Positions 30,028-38,704 of a DNA stretch of 44,660 nt are shown here, in pieces. Position numbers and translations under genes: made by a program. The stretch is from NCBI GenBank assembly GCA_031372565.1, contig JANMLN010000042.1:1-44660 (forward strand), given 5' to 3'. Below the pieces are notes generated by a model, which saw only the letters and a program-made list of their open reading frames with translations, did no database searches and was not told the DNA's origin. Origin of the DNA: Gemmatimonadota bacterium. GTDB taxonomy: Bacteria > Gemmatimonadota > Gemmatimonadetes > Gemmatimonadales > Gemmatimonadaceae. The stretch's first letter is position 1. The number at the start of each line of letters is the position of its first letter.

Positions 30028-31239
30028 ATGCGAACGACTGACACACTCGTCATTGGCGGCGGCATCAGCGGGCTGACCTTCGCCGCGTGCAGCGCACGCG
30101 CGGGACGGCCCGCGCTCGTGGTGGAGGCCGAAGCGCGTGTGGGCGGCTGCCTGCAGTCGCCACGCACCGCGGACGGGTACTGGTACGAGCTCGGCGCCCA
30201 CACCTGCTACAACTCGTACGTGGGCATGATCGAGATGCTCGAGGGGTGCGGCCTCGCCGAGCGGCTCGTGACGCGTGCGCCGACCAAGCTTCGTTTCCTT
30301 GTCGACGGGCGGATGGCGCCCGGCGCCAACCTGCTGGCGCTGCTGCGACGCTTCTCCTGGATCGAGCTCGCCTGGCATGTCCCGCGGCTGATCGGCGCCC
30401 GCAAGCAGGGCCATTCCGTCCGTGAGTTCTACGCCGGCATCGTCGGCGCGGAGAACTATCGCCGCACGCTCGGGCCCATGATGTCCGCCGTTCCGTCGCA
30501 GTCGGCCGATGACTTTCCCGCCGACATGCTCTTCAAGTCGCGCGGCAGCCGTCGCACCGACCTGCCCCGGAGCTTCACGTTGGACGGCGGGCTTGAGGTG
30601 GCGGCGCAACTGCTCGCCTCAGAGACGGGGGTATCCGTCATCACCGGAGCGCGGGCCGAGCGCATCGCCGCACAACCACACGGAGGGTTCGTCGCGACGC
30701 TCGCGGACGGTACGGTCATCGAGGCGGCCACGGTGGCCGTCGCCACTGGTCCGTCCGTCGCAGCACGCCTGCTCGGCGCCGTCGCGCCGGAGGCCGCCGG
30801 TACACTCGGGCGCATCCGCGAGGCCGTGTTGGACACGATAGCGGTGGTGTTGCCGCTTGCCGCGGTGTCCTGGCCCGTCACGATGTTTGCCGTACCGATC
30901 GACGACATGCTGCATTCGGTGGTCACCCGCGACTCCGTGCCCGATCCCCGGTACCGCGCGTTCACCTTTCACTTCAAGCCGGGGATCGCGCGGGAGGACC
31001 GCGTTGCGCGCATGGCCGCCATCCTCGGTGTGCGCCCCGACGCGCTCGGACCGATTGCGGAACGACAGGTCATGCTGCCGTCACCCGCTGTCGGACACGA
31101 AGCGCTCTGCCGCGAGCTCGATGCGTGGTTGGCCCGGCGTCCACTGGCGCTGATCGGCAACTACTTCGACGGCCTCTCGATCGAGGATTGCGTGCAGCGT
31201 GCGCGGGCCCAGTGGACGCGCGTTGCGCAAGGCGCCTGA
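30028..31239 (+). CDS. FAD-dependent oxidoreductase, HemY/protoporphyrinogen oxidase-like
   Basis: VIGGGISGL, EAEARVGG, YELGAH, FTLDGGLE, LIGNYFDGLSIEDCV. Confidence 0.75.
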   Translation: MRTTDTLVIGGGISGLTFAACSARAGRPALVVEAEARVGGCLQSPRTADGYWYELGAHTCYNSYVGMIEMLEGCGLAERLVTRAPTKLRFLVDGRMAPGANLLALLRRFSWIELAWHVPRLIGARKQGHSVREFYAGIVGAENYRRTLGPMMSAVPSQSADDFPADMLFKSRGSRRTDLPRSFTLDGGLEVAAQLLASETGVSVITGARAERIAAQPHGGFVATLADGTVIEAATVAVATGPSVAARLLGAVAPEAAGTLGRIREAVLDTIAVVLPLAAVSWPVTMFAVPIDDMLHSVVTRDSVPDPRYRAFTFHFKPGIAREDRVARMAAILGVRPDALGPIAERQVMLPSPAVGHEALCRELDAWLARRPLALIGNYFDGLSIEDCVQRARAQWTRVAQGA

Positions 31240-31280
31240 CCCCCCTCGCCGCGGGGTGCGAGATCGCTCATCATTCTTCC

Positions 31281-32270
31281 ATGCATACCATGCTTCAACG
31301 TGGCGCTCGCGCGCTCGTGATGGTTCTTCTGGGCGCCTGCGCCCCCGGCTCGCCGGCTTCCGGTGTCAGCGATATCGCCGAGATCCCGATGCCGGTCCTC
31401 CGTTCTCCGCAGGGGAGGTCGCCCGTGATCGCGGCGGCCGGCGATCTCGTGTGCGCCCGAGCGATCGATGCCGCGTGGGAGTGCCGACACGATGACGTCG
31501 CCCGCCTCGTCGATGAGTTGGCGCCCGACGCCCTGCTGCTGCTCGGTGACATCCAGTACGAGGCAGGGGAACTCCGCCTCTTTCGCTCCGAGTTCGATCC
31601 ATCGTTCGGGCGCTTCCGGTCGATCACGCGCCCGGTGCCCGGCAATCACGAGTATTCGACGCTGGGCGCGCGCGGCTATTTCGACTATTTCAACGGCGAA
31701 GACAGCACCGTCGGCATCGCGGGGCCCCGATCGCGAGGCTACTACAGCTACGACCTCGGGAACTGGCATCTGGTCGCGCTCAACAGCAATTGTGGCGACG
31801 TCGGCTGCGGACCCGGAAGCGCGCAGGAACGGTGGCTCCGGGCCGACTTGGCGCGGCACCCCACGCAATGCCTGCTCGCGTACGCCCATCATCCGCGGTT
31901 CACGTCCGGCTTGCACGGTGACGCGCGGGAGATGGCGACACTCTGGAACGCGTTGGCGGAATCGAACGCGGACCTGATGCTGGCGGGACACGACCACGAG
32001 TACGAGCGCCTGGCGCCGATGCGCGCCGATGGCACGGCCGATTCGGTAGCGGGGATTCGCAGCTTCGTCGTCGGCACCGGCGGCCGCAACATGCGCGCGT
32101 TCGGACGGATCCGGGCGAACAGTGAAGTGCGCAACAACGAGACGTTCGGCGTCCTGGCCGTGACGCTGGACTCGGCGAGCTACAGCTGGCGCTTTGTCGA
32201 CGCGTCGACCCGCAAGTCGGTCGACGCCGGTACCGGGCGCTGCAAGGGACGCCCGCGGCCGAGCACGTGA
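31281..32270 (+). CDS. Calcineurin-like metallophosphoesterase, predicted lipoprotein
   Basis: AAGD, LGDIQY, PGNHEY, HHP, AGHDH, VGTGG motifs. Lipobox LLGAC. Confidence 0.88.
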   Translation: MHTMLQRGARALVMVLLGACAPGSPASGVSDIAEIPMPVLRSPQGRSPVIAAAGDLVCARAIDAAWECRHDDVARLVDELAPDALLLLGDIQYEAGELRLFRSEFDPSFGRFRSITRPVPGNHEYSTLGARGYFDYFNGEDSTVGIAGPRSRGYYSYDLGNWHLVALNSNCGDVGCGPGSAQERWLRADLARHPTQCLLAYAHHPRFTSGLHGDAREMATLWNALAESNADLMLAGHDHEYERLAPMRADGTADSVAGIRSFVVGTGGRNMRAFGRIRANSEVRNNETFGVLAVTLDSASYSWRFVDASTRKSVDAGTGRCKGRPRPST

Positions 32271-33520
32271 TCCTCGGCCGGGCCGCGCTGTGCCTTGCGT
32301 GGTGCACGGGGTGGCTCGGCGCGCAGCCCACGCCGGCATCGACAGCGCGGCCCCTCAGCGCCGCCATCGCCGAGGCTGACGCCCTCGTGCGCGCTGCGGT
32401 CGGGAAGAGCACGGCAGGGGCGGTCTTGCTCGTGGCGCAGCACGGTGTTGTCCGTCATCTGGCGGCATACGGGGCGGCGCAACGCCTCGACAGTGCTGGC
32501 GATCTGCTCCGCGAGCCACGCCCGATGCGCATCGACACGCGCTTCGATCTGGCGTCCGTGACCAAGGTCATGGCCACCACCATGGCGATCATGTTGCTCG
32601 TTGATCAGGCGCGCGTGGAGCTGGATGCGCCGGTCGCTCGCTACCTCCCCGAGTTTCGCGGCGTGCACCTGGACAGCATCACGGTACGCCATCTGTTGCG
32701 CCATGCGGCTGGACTCACGCCGTGGCAACCGATCTACTACGGGGCCGCCACCTCACGCGAAGCGCTGGCCGTCATCGCAGGGATTCCACTCGCCACGGGG
32801 GTTGGCGCGGAGCGGCACTACTCGGACCTCGGCTTCATGCTGCTCGGCTACGTCGTCGAGCGCGTGACGGGCCAGCGTCTCGACCACTTCCTGCAGGTGA
32901 CGCTGTATGCGCCGCTCGGCCTGCGCGCGACGGGCTTTGTTCCCGACCGCACGAACGCCGAGGGGTTCGCCGCCACCGAGGTCGGGAACGGATACGAGCG
33001 CCGCATGGTGTACGACACGGCGTTCGCCTTTCCGTACCGCGGCGATCCCGCCGCGTGGAATGGCTGGCGCAGGCACGTGCTCGTGGGCGAAGCCAACGAT
33101 GGCAATGCGTTTTATGCGCACGCAGGCGTCGCCGGTCATGCCGGCCTCTTTTCCACGGCCGCCGAGCTGCGCGTCCTCGTCGACCTCCTGCTCGATGAGG
33201 GCCGCTTCGGTGGCCGACGCATTCTTCGGGCTTCGACGGTACGCACCTTCCTCACGCGTGAGCCTGCTGGACACTTCCTCGGCTGGATGCACCCGAAGCG
33301 GCTGACCGACGCCAGCTTCATGCACACGGGGTTCACCGGTACGTACGTGCTGGGCGTGCCCGAGTACGGACTCAACGTGATCCTGCTGACGAATCGACAG
33401 CAGATGGGAGTGGACGCCGCCGGTCGGTTCCCGGATCTGACGTCGCTGCGCGAACGGGTGACCGAGCGGCTGGTGGCCGGCGTCGCTGCGTGCGACCGCG
33501 CGCCCCGCAACGGTTGTTGA
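32267..33520 (+). CDS. Exported serine hydrolase, beta-lactamase class C/AmpC-like fold
   Basis: FDLASVTK (SxxK), HYSDLG, AGHAGLFS, HTGFTG. Signal peptide. GTGA overlap with the upstream gene. Confidence 0.9.
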   Translation: MILGRAALCLAWCTGWLGAQPTPASTARPLSAAIAEADALVRAAVGKSTAGAVLLVAQHGVVRHLAAYGAAQRLDSAGDLLREPRPMRIDTRFDLASVTKVMATTMAIMLLVDQARVELDAPVARYLPEFRGVHLDSITVRHLLRHAAGLTPWQPIYYGAATSREALAVIAGIPLATGVGAERHYSDLGFMLLGYVVERVTGQRLDHFLQVTLYAPLGLRATGFVPDRTNAEGFAATEVGNGYERRMVYDTAFAFPYRGDPAAWNGWRRHVLVGEANDGNAFYAHAGVAGHAGLFSTAAELRVLVDLLLDEGRFGGRRILRASTVRTFLTREPAGHFLGWMHPKRLTDASFMHTGFTGTYVLGVPEYGLNVILLTNRQQMGVDAAGRFPDLTSLRERVTERLVAGVAACDRAPRNGC

Positions 33521-33569
33521 GCGACGCGCCCATCTGGCGTCGTCGAGGTGCCGCTGCCATCATCCTCGC

Positions 33570-34451
33570 ATGCTGAGACTCTTCACACACATCGTGCTGC
33601 TGGCTCTCTTGGCCAGCCAGGCGTCGGCACAACCCGCTGCCAACGATCCGCTCCTCATTCGGCTCACCACGGCGCGGTATGCGGCCGACTTCAAGGCTGA
33701 CCGCGCGTCCCTCGACACGCTGCTCGCACCGGATGTCGCGTACGGTCGCTCCAGCGGCGTGCTCGACACCAAGGCTGGTGTGCTCAAGGAGGTCGGGCCG
33801 GGCGGTCCGTATCAACTCGACTATCTCACCCCTGACAGCCTCCGTGCACGGCGCTTCGGCAACACCGGCGTGGTGAATGGCATCGTGCTCGTGAAGTTGT
33901 CGGCGCAGAAGTCGCCGTATCGCATCCGGTTTACCGACGTGTGGGCACTGCGGGGAACCCGATGGCAGCTGGTGTCTTTTCAGGCCACGCGCCTGCCCGA
34001 TGTCGTGGCATCGCCGGTCGCCCCGGCAGCTGTTCTCGCAGCACGCGTCCGGCGCATCAATCCGCAGGGGCTCTCCAGCCCGACCGGCTACACGCACGTC
34101 GTCGTCGAGGCCGATGGCCGGACGGTGCACATCGCGGGGCAGGTTGCACTCGACAGCACGGGCGCACTCGTCGGTGCCGGTGATTTCCGGGCGCAGGCGG
34201 AGCGCGTCTTCGAGAATCTCCGCATCGCGCTCGCAAGTGTTGGCGCCACGTTCAAGGATGTCGTCACCACGACGACCTACCTGACCGACATGCGCAACGT
34301 GCCCGCGCTCCGCGACGTGCGCGGGCGCTACTACGACGCCGCGTCGCTCCCCACGTCGACCGCGGTGCAGGTGAGCAGCCTCGTGCGACCGGAATGGATG
34401 ATCGAGATCGAGGCGGTCGCGCAGCTTCCCCAACCCGTGCCCGAACAATGA
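33570..34451 (+). CDS. Secreted NTF2-like (DUF4440-like) + Rid (YjgF/YER057c/UK114) fusion protein
   Basis: Signal peptide ending ASQASA. NTF2-like domain (DRASLDTLLAPD, RFTDVW..RGTRWQLVSFQAT). Rid domain (GYTHVV, IAGQ, QAERVFENL, MIEIEAVA). Confidence 0.82.
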   Translation: MLRLFTHIVLLALLASQASAQPAANDPLLIRLTTARYAADFKADRASLDTLLAPDVAYGRSSGVLDTKAGVLKEVGPGGPYQLDYLTPDSLRARRFGNTGVVNGIVLVKLSAQKSPYRIRFTDVWALRGTRWQLVSFQATRLPDVVASPVAPAAVLAARVRRINPQGLSSPTGYTHVVVEADGRTVHIAGQVALDSTGALVGAGDFRAQAERVFENLRIALASVGATFKDVVTTTTYLTDMRNVPALRDVRGRYYDAASLPTSTAVQVSSLVRPEWMIEIEAVAQLPQPVPEQ

Positions 34452-36598
34452 ACCGTACGCGCGTCTTCACGGTCGTCGCTCTCACCTTGGTCCTCATGCC
34501 CGCCGCGGTCGCCGCCCAGCGCATCACCTATCCCGCCACCGCGAAGGTGGATCACGTCGACACGTATCCCGGTGGCTCGCTGGCCGATCCGTACCGCTGG
34601 CTTGAGGACGACACCGCAAGCACGGTCAAGGCGTGGGTCGAGGCGCAGAACAAGGTGAGCTTTGCGCACCTCGAGGCCATTCCGTTTCGCTCAGCGCTCA
34701 AGGCCCGCCTCACGACGTTGCTGGATTATCCCCGCGAGGGGCTGCCCGTCCGCCGCGGTCGCTGGGTCTTCATCGGCCGCAACACCGGGCTGCAGAACCA
34801 GTCGGTCTGGTTCATCCAGGACGGCCCCCGCGGCGAGCCGAAGGTGTACATCGATCCCAACGTGCTCTCGCCTGACGGCACAACGCGCGTGAGCGGACCG
34901 ATCATGAACAGGACGGCGACGCTGGCTGCGCACCTCGTGTCGCAGTCGGGGTCCGACTGGCAGGAGATTCAGGTGCGGCGTCTCCCCGATGCGACGCTGC
35001 TCCCCGATCGCATCCGGTGGGTGAAGGTGTCGAGCGTCGCCTGGTGGAAGGATGGGTTCTTCTACTCGCGCTATCCGGCGCCGGCGGACACGACCAAGGC
35101 CTTCTCGAATCGCAACGAGGATCATCGCGTCTACTACCACGTGCTCGGCACTCCGCAATCCGCCGATCAGGAAGTGTTTGCCGACGCAGCGCATCCCCAG
35201 CGGTTCCATACCGTTGGCACCACCGATGACGAGCGCTACGCGTTGCTCACGATCTCGGATCGCGGCAAGGGCAGCGACGGCAATGCCCTCTACGTGCGCG
35301 ATCTCTCGGCTGGCGAAACGACCTGGCGCCCGATCGTGACCGGGTTCGAGGATCGGTTCGCGGTCGTCGAGAACGACGGGCCCACGCTCATCGTCAACAC
35401 CAATCGTGGGGCGCCCAACGAACGTCTCGTGCGCATCGACCCGCGCATGCCCGAGGAGTCCCGCTGGGTGACCATCGTGAAGGAACGCCCCGAGGCGATC
35501 GCCTTCGCGAATGCCGTCGGCGGCCACCTGTTCGTTGGATACCTCAAGGACGCGAGCACGCACGTGGAGGAAGTGACGATGAACGGCGCACCCGTTCGCG
35601 CAGTCAAGCTCCCGGGGATCGGCACCGCGGGCGGCTTCAGCGGCGAGAGCGGCGACACCGACACCTTCTTCTCCTTCTCGTCCTTCACGACGCCACCAAC
35701 CTCGTACCGCCTCGACATCAAGACGGGCAAGGCGACGGTGTTCAAGCGCACCACGCTGCCGTTCGATCCCTCCCGCTTCGAGACACAGCAGGTCTTCTTC
35801 ACCAGCAAGGACGGCACGCGCGTGCCGATGTTCATCGTGGCCCGGAAGGGGATGAAGCGCGATGGGCAGAATCCCACCTTGGTGTACGGCTATGGCGGAT
35901 TCAACATTTCACTGACGCCCACGTTCAGCGCGACGCGCATGGCCTGGCTCGAACAGGGAGGCGTGTTCGTGCAGGTCTCCCTGCGGGGCGGGGCCGAGTA
36001 TGGCGATGCCTGGCATCAGGCGGGCATGAAGGAGAAGAAGCAGAACGTCTTCGACGACTTCATCGGCGCGGCGGAGTGGCTCATCGCCAACAAGGTCACC
36101 AACTCGAAGAAGCTCGCCATGCAGGGGGGATCGAACGGCGGCCTGTTGGTCGGAGCCGTCATGACGCAGCGCCCCGAGCTGTTCCAGGTGGCGCTCCCCG
36201 CCGTGGGGGTCATGGACATGCTGCGCTTCCACAAGTTCACGATCGGCTGGAACTGGATCGCCGACTACGGCTCGAGCGATGACCCCGAGGGCTACCGCTA
36301 TCTCCGCGCCTACTCGCCGCTGCACAACCTGAAGCCGGGTACCGCGTATCCGGCGACGCTCGTGACGACCGCCGACCATGACGACCGTGTGGTGCCCGCC
36401 CACTCGTTCAAGTTTGCCGCCGCGCTCCAAGCGGCTCAGGCGGGAAGCAACCCCACGCTCATCCGCATCGAGACGCGCTCGGGACACGGTGCCAGCTCGG
36501 TCAGCAAGCAGATCGAGGAAGCCGCCGACGTGTACAGCTTCACGATGCAGCATCTGGGGATGCGCCCGACGCTGCCCGAGAAGCCGAAGGCGATGTAG
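34448..36598 (+). CDS. Prolyl oligopeptidase (S9A), exported
   Basis: DPYRWLED, YGYGGF, GGSNGGLL (Ser), DHDDRV (Asp), SGHG (His). Signal peptide. ATGA overlap. Confidence 0.95.
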   Translation: MNRTRVFTVVALTLVLMPAAVAAQRITYPATAKVDHVDTYPGGSLADPYRWLEDDTASTVKAWVEAQNKVSFAHLEAIPFRSALKARLTTLLDYPREGLPVRRGRWVFIGRNTGLQNQSVWFIQDGPRGEPKVYIDPNVLSPDGTTRVSGPIMNRTATLAAHLVSQSGSDWQEIQVRRLPDATLLPDRIRWVKVSSVAWWKDGFFYSRYPAPADTTKAFSNRNEDHRVYYHVLGTPQSADQEVFADAAHPQRFHTVGTTDDERYALLTISDRGKGSDGNALYVRDLSAGETTWRPIVTGFEDRFAVVENDGPTLIVNTNRGAPNERLVRIDPRMPEESRWVTIVKERPEAIAFANAVGGHLFVGYLKDASTHVEEVTMNGAPVRAVKLPGIGTAGGFSGESGDTDTFFSFSSFTTPPTSYRLDIKTGKATVFKRTTLPFDPSRFETQQVFFTSKDGTRVPMFIVARKGMKRDGQNPTLVYGYGGFNISLTPTFSATRMAWLEQGGVFVQVSLRGGAEYGDAWHQAGMKEKKQNVFDDFIGAAEWLIANKVTNSKKLAMQGGSNGGLLVGAVMTQRPELFQVALPAVGVMDMLRFHKFTIGWNWIADYGSSDDPEGYRYLRAYSPLHNLKPGTAYPATLVTTADHDDRVVPAHSFKFAAALQAAQAGSNPTLIRIETRSGHGASSVSKQIEEAADVYSFTMQHLGMRPTLPEKPKAM

Positions 36599-36630
36599 GC
36601 AGCGTTGGGCGGATCCGCACGCGCGCGCGA

Positions 36631-38178
36631 CTATGGCGTCACGCGCGCGGGGGCGGTTTTCCGTGGCAGCTTCTCGGCCCGCTGCGCCGCCTGCCACACG
36701 AAGGCTGCGAGCACGGCCGAGTTGAACTTCATGTCCTCCGGCTGCACCTGCTCGTACACGTCCTGGTTCGAGTGGTGCGTGCGCGTGTCGTACTGCAGCG
36801 GGTCCTGGATGAACTGGAACCCGGGGATCCCGACTCCGTCAAACGACAGGTGGTCGGTGCCCCCCGTGTTGCGCGACGTCACCGTCGTCATTCCCATCGC
36901 CTTGAACGGCTCCATCCACGCGTCGAAGATGGGACGCGCGGCCTCGTTACCCTGCAGGTAGATCCCCCGGATCTTCCCCGAGCCGTTGTCCACGTTGAAA
37001 TAGCCAGCGAGCCCCGCGGCCTCGGGCTTGTCCGGCGCGTTGGTGGAGTCGCGGAAATGGCTGCGCACGAAGTTGCGCGAGCCGATCAGTCCCTGTTCTT
37101 CGGCCCCCCACAGCGCGATGCGGATCGTGCGCTTCGGCCTGAGGCCCAGCGTCTTGAGAATGCGCACCGCCTCGAGCATCACCGCCGAGCCCGCACCGTT
37201 GTCGGTGGCGCCCGTGCCGGCGTGCCACGAATCGAAGTGTGCCCCCAGCATCACGACCTCGCCCTTGAGCCTGGGATCGGTCCCCGGGATCTCGGCGATC
37301 ACGTTGAACGAGTGCTCGTCGGCCGTGTTGAACCGGTTGCGCATGTCGAGCTCAAGGGTCACGGGCATCCCCTTGGCGACGAGCCGTGCGAGCCGGCCGA
37401 AGTGTTCAATGGCCACATGCAGCGTGGGCGGCTGCACCGGGGCATCGTTGGCGCGCGGGAAGCCGTTGTCGGTAAACACGGTGCCTTCCTGGCCGCGCGC
37501 GGGCAGGAGCACCGCCGCGACCTGCTCCGCCGCGAGAAAGGCGTATCGGAGGGCGGGGAACTGGAACACCGCCGGGTTGAGCGGCGCACGCGGCAACCCC
37601 TGCCGCGCGGGATTCGGTTCGGTCGGTGCCGCAATCGCTGCCAAGCTCGAATCCGAGTAGCGCATTGGCGCGTTGATGGCACTCACCGGATTGGCCCGCG
37701 GCGCGCCGAGGAGGACGAACTTGCCCTTGAGCTTGCCTCGGTACTTCTCGAAGTCGGGTGCCGAGTCGATCTGCACCACGACCGCGTCGCCGGTGACGGG
37801 GCCGTCGGTGCCGGGGCTCCACGCGCGCGGATACGCGAGAATGGGGAAGGGCTGGGGCGCCACGGCGTTGAAGGTCAGCCGGGTGTTCTCCCAGCCGCGG
37901 CCAAAGTTCTGGAACGGCTCGAGATGCGGATTGGCGAGCCCCCAGCCCTTGAGCTGCGTCACCGTCCAGTCAGCCGCCTTCCGAATGTTCGGCGAATTGG
38001 CGAGCCGCGGGCCATACACGTCGGTCAGCCAGCTCACGGTCTCCATCACCTGCGAGCGCTGCAGCGCCTCGTCCTTGATGCGCGCGATGGTGGCGACGTC
38101 GACCGGCTCCTGCGCGCGAAGCGACGCAGCGGGAGCCAGGAGGACCAGAGCGAGAGCGACGACCGGAGCGAAGCGCAT
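36631..38178 (-). CDS. Exported M28 family metallopeptidase (carboxypeptidase Q-like)
   Basis: GAHFDSW, GATDNGAG, AEEQGL, NVD, GTDH, THHSNQD. PA-like insert. Signal peptide. Confidence 0.9.
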   Translation of the reverse strand: MRFAPVVALALVLLAPAASLRAQEPVDVATIARIKDEALQRSQVMETVSWLTDVYGPRLANSPNIRKAADWTVTQLKGWGLANPHLEPFQNFGRGWENTRLTFNAVAPQPFPILAYPRAWSPGTDGPVTGDAVVVQIDSAPDFEKYRGKLKGKFVLLGAPRANPVSAINAPMRYSDSSLAAIAAPTEPNPARQGLPRAPLNPAVFQFPALRYAFLAAEQVAAVLLPARGQEGTVFTDNGFPRANDAPVQPPTLHVAIEHFGRLARLVAKGMPVTLELDMRNRFNTADEHSFNVIAEIPGTDPRLKGEVVMLGAHFDSWHAGTGATDNGAGSAVMLEAVRILKTLGLRPKRTIRIALWGAEEQGLIGSRNFVRSHFRDSTNAPDKPEAAGLAGYFNVDNGSGKIRGIYLQGNEAARPIFDAWMEPFKAMGMTTVTSRNTGGTDHLSFDGVGIPGFQFIQDPLQYDTRTHHSNQDVYEQVQPEDMKFNSAVLAAFVWQAAQRAEKLPRKTAPARVTP

Positions 38179-38271
38179 GGCAGGCGGAGGGCGGTGAGAG
38201 AGTGACGACGGAGGCGATCTGGTTCGGACAAGCTACGTGCGCTAGGATACCAGCGTTGCGGCGCGCGCCCC

Positions 38272-38300
38272 TTGCAAAGCGTCGTAAGTCTCGGTACGTT
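38272..38300 (+). promoter_or_regulatory. Sigma70-type promoter for rpsO-pnp
   Basis: TTGCAA (38272-38277), 17-bp spacer, TACGTT (38295-38300), 68 bp before rpsO. Confidence 0.65.
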
Positions 38301-38368
38301 AAGAGGCTACGCACCTAATTCACTCACCGCCCCGGTAGATGGCCGGGGGCACGAGCAGCGAACCCAAT

Positions 38369-38629
38369 ATGGCATTTACGAAGAGCGCCGCCCTCGAGAA
38401 GTTCCGCGCCCACGAAACGGACACCGGCTCCAGCAAGGTGCAGGTCGCCCTCCTCACGGAACGCATCAACTATCTCACGGATCATTTCCGCGCCCACGCC
38501 AAGGATCACCATGGCCGCCGCGGACTCCTCAAGATGGTGGGTAGGCGCCGTCGAATCCTGGACTATCTCAAGCGGACCGATGTTGCCGGGTACCGCCAGA
38601 TCATCCAGGACCTTGGCCTCCGCTACTAA
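38369..38629 (+). CDS. rpsO: 30S ribosomal protein S15
   Basis: [45 protein letters not shown]. Confidence 0.98.
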   Translation: MAFTKSAALEKFRAHETDTGSSKVQVALLTERINYLTDHFRAHAKDHHGRRGLLKMVGRRRRILDYLKRTDVAGYRQIIQDLGLRY

Positions 38630-38645
38630 CACGGGTTCGCATGGT

Positions 38646-38677
38646 ATCGCGCAGTCGCCAATGGGCGGCTGCGCGAT
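38646..38677 (+). terminator. Hairpin between rpsO and pnp (terminator or processing site)
   Basis: 14-bp stem ATCGCGCAGTCGCC / GGCGGCTGCGCGAT with a 4-nt loop. Weak T tail. Confidence 0.55.
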
Positions 38678-38704
38678 TCGTGCATTTCAGAGAACAAATC
38701 CCAC

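Noticed and set aside
32267..33520. Antibiotic-resistance beta-lactamase
   Set aside because: It has only the general SxxK fold. Y-S-D and HTG motifs differ from the AmpC Y-x-N and KTG motifs.
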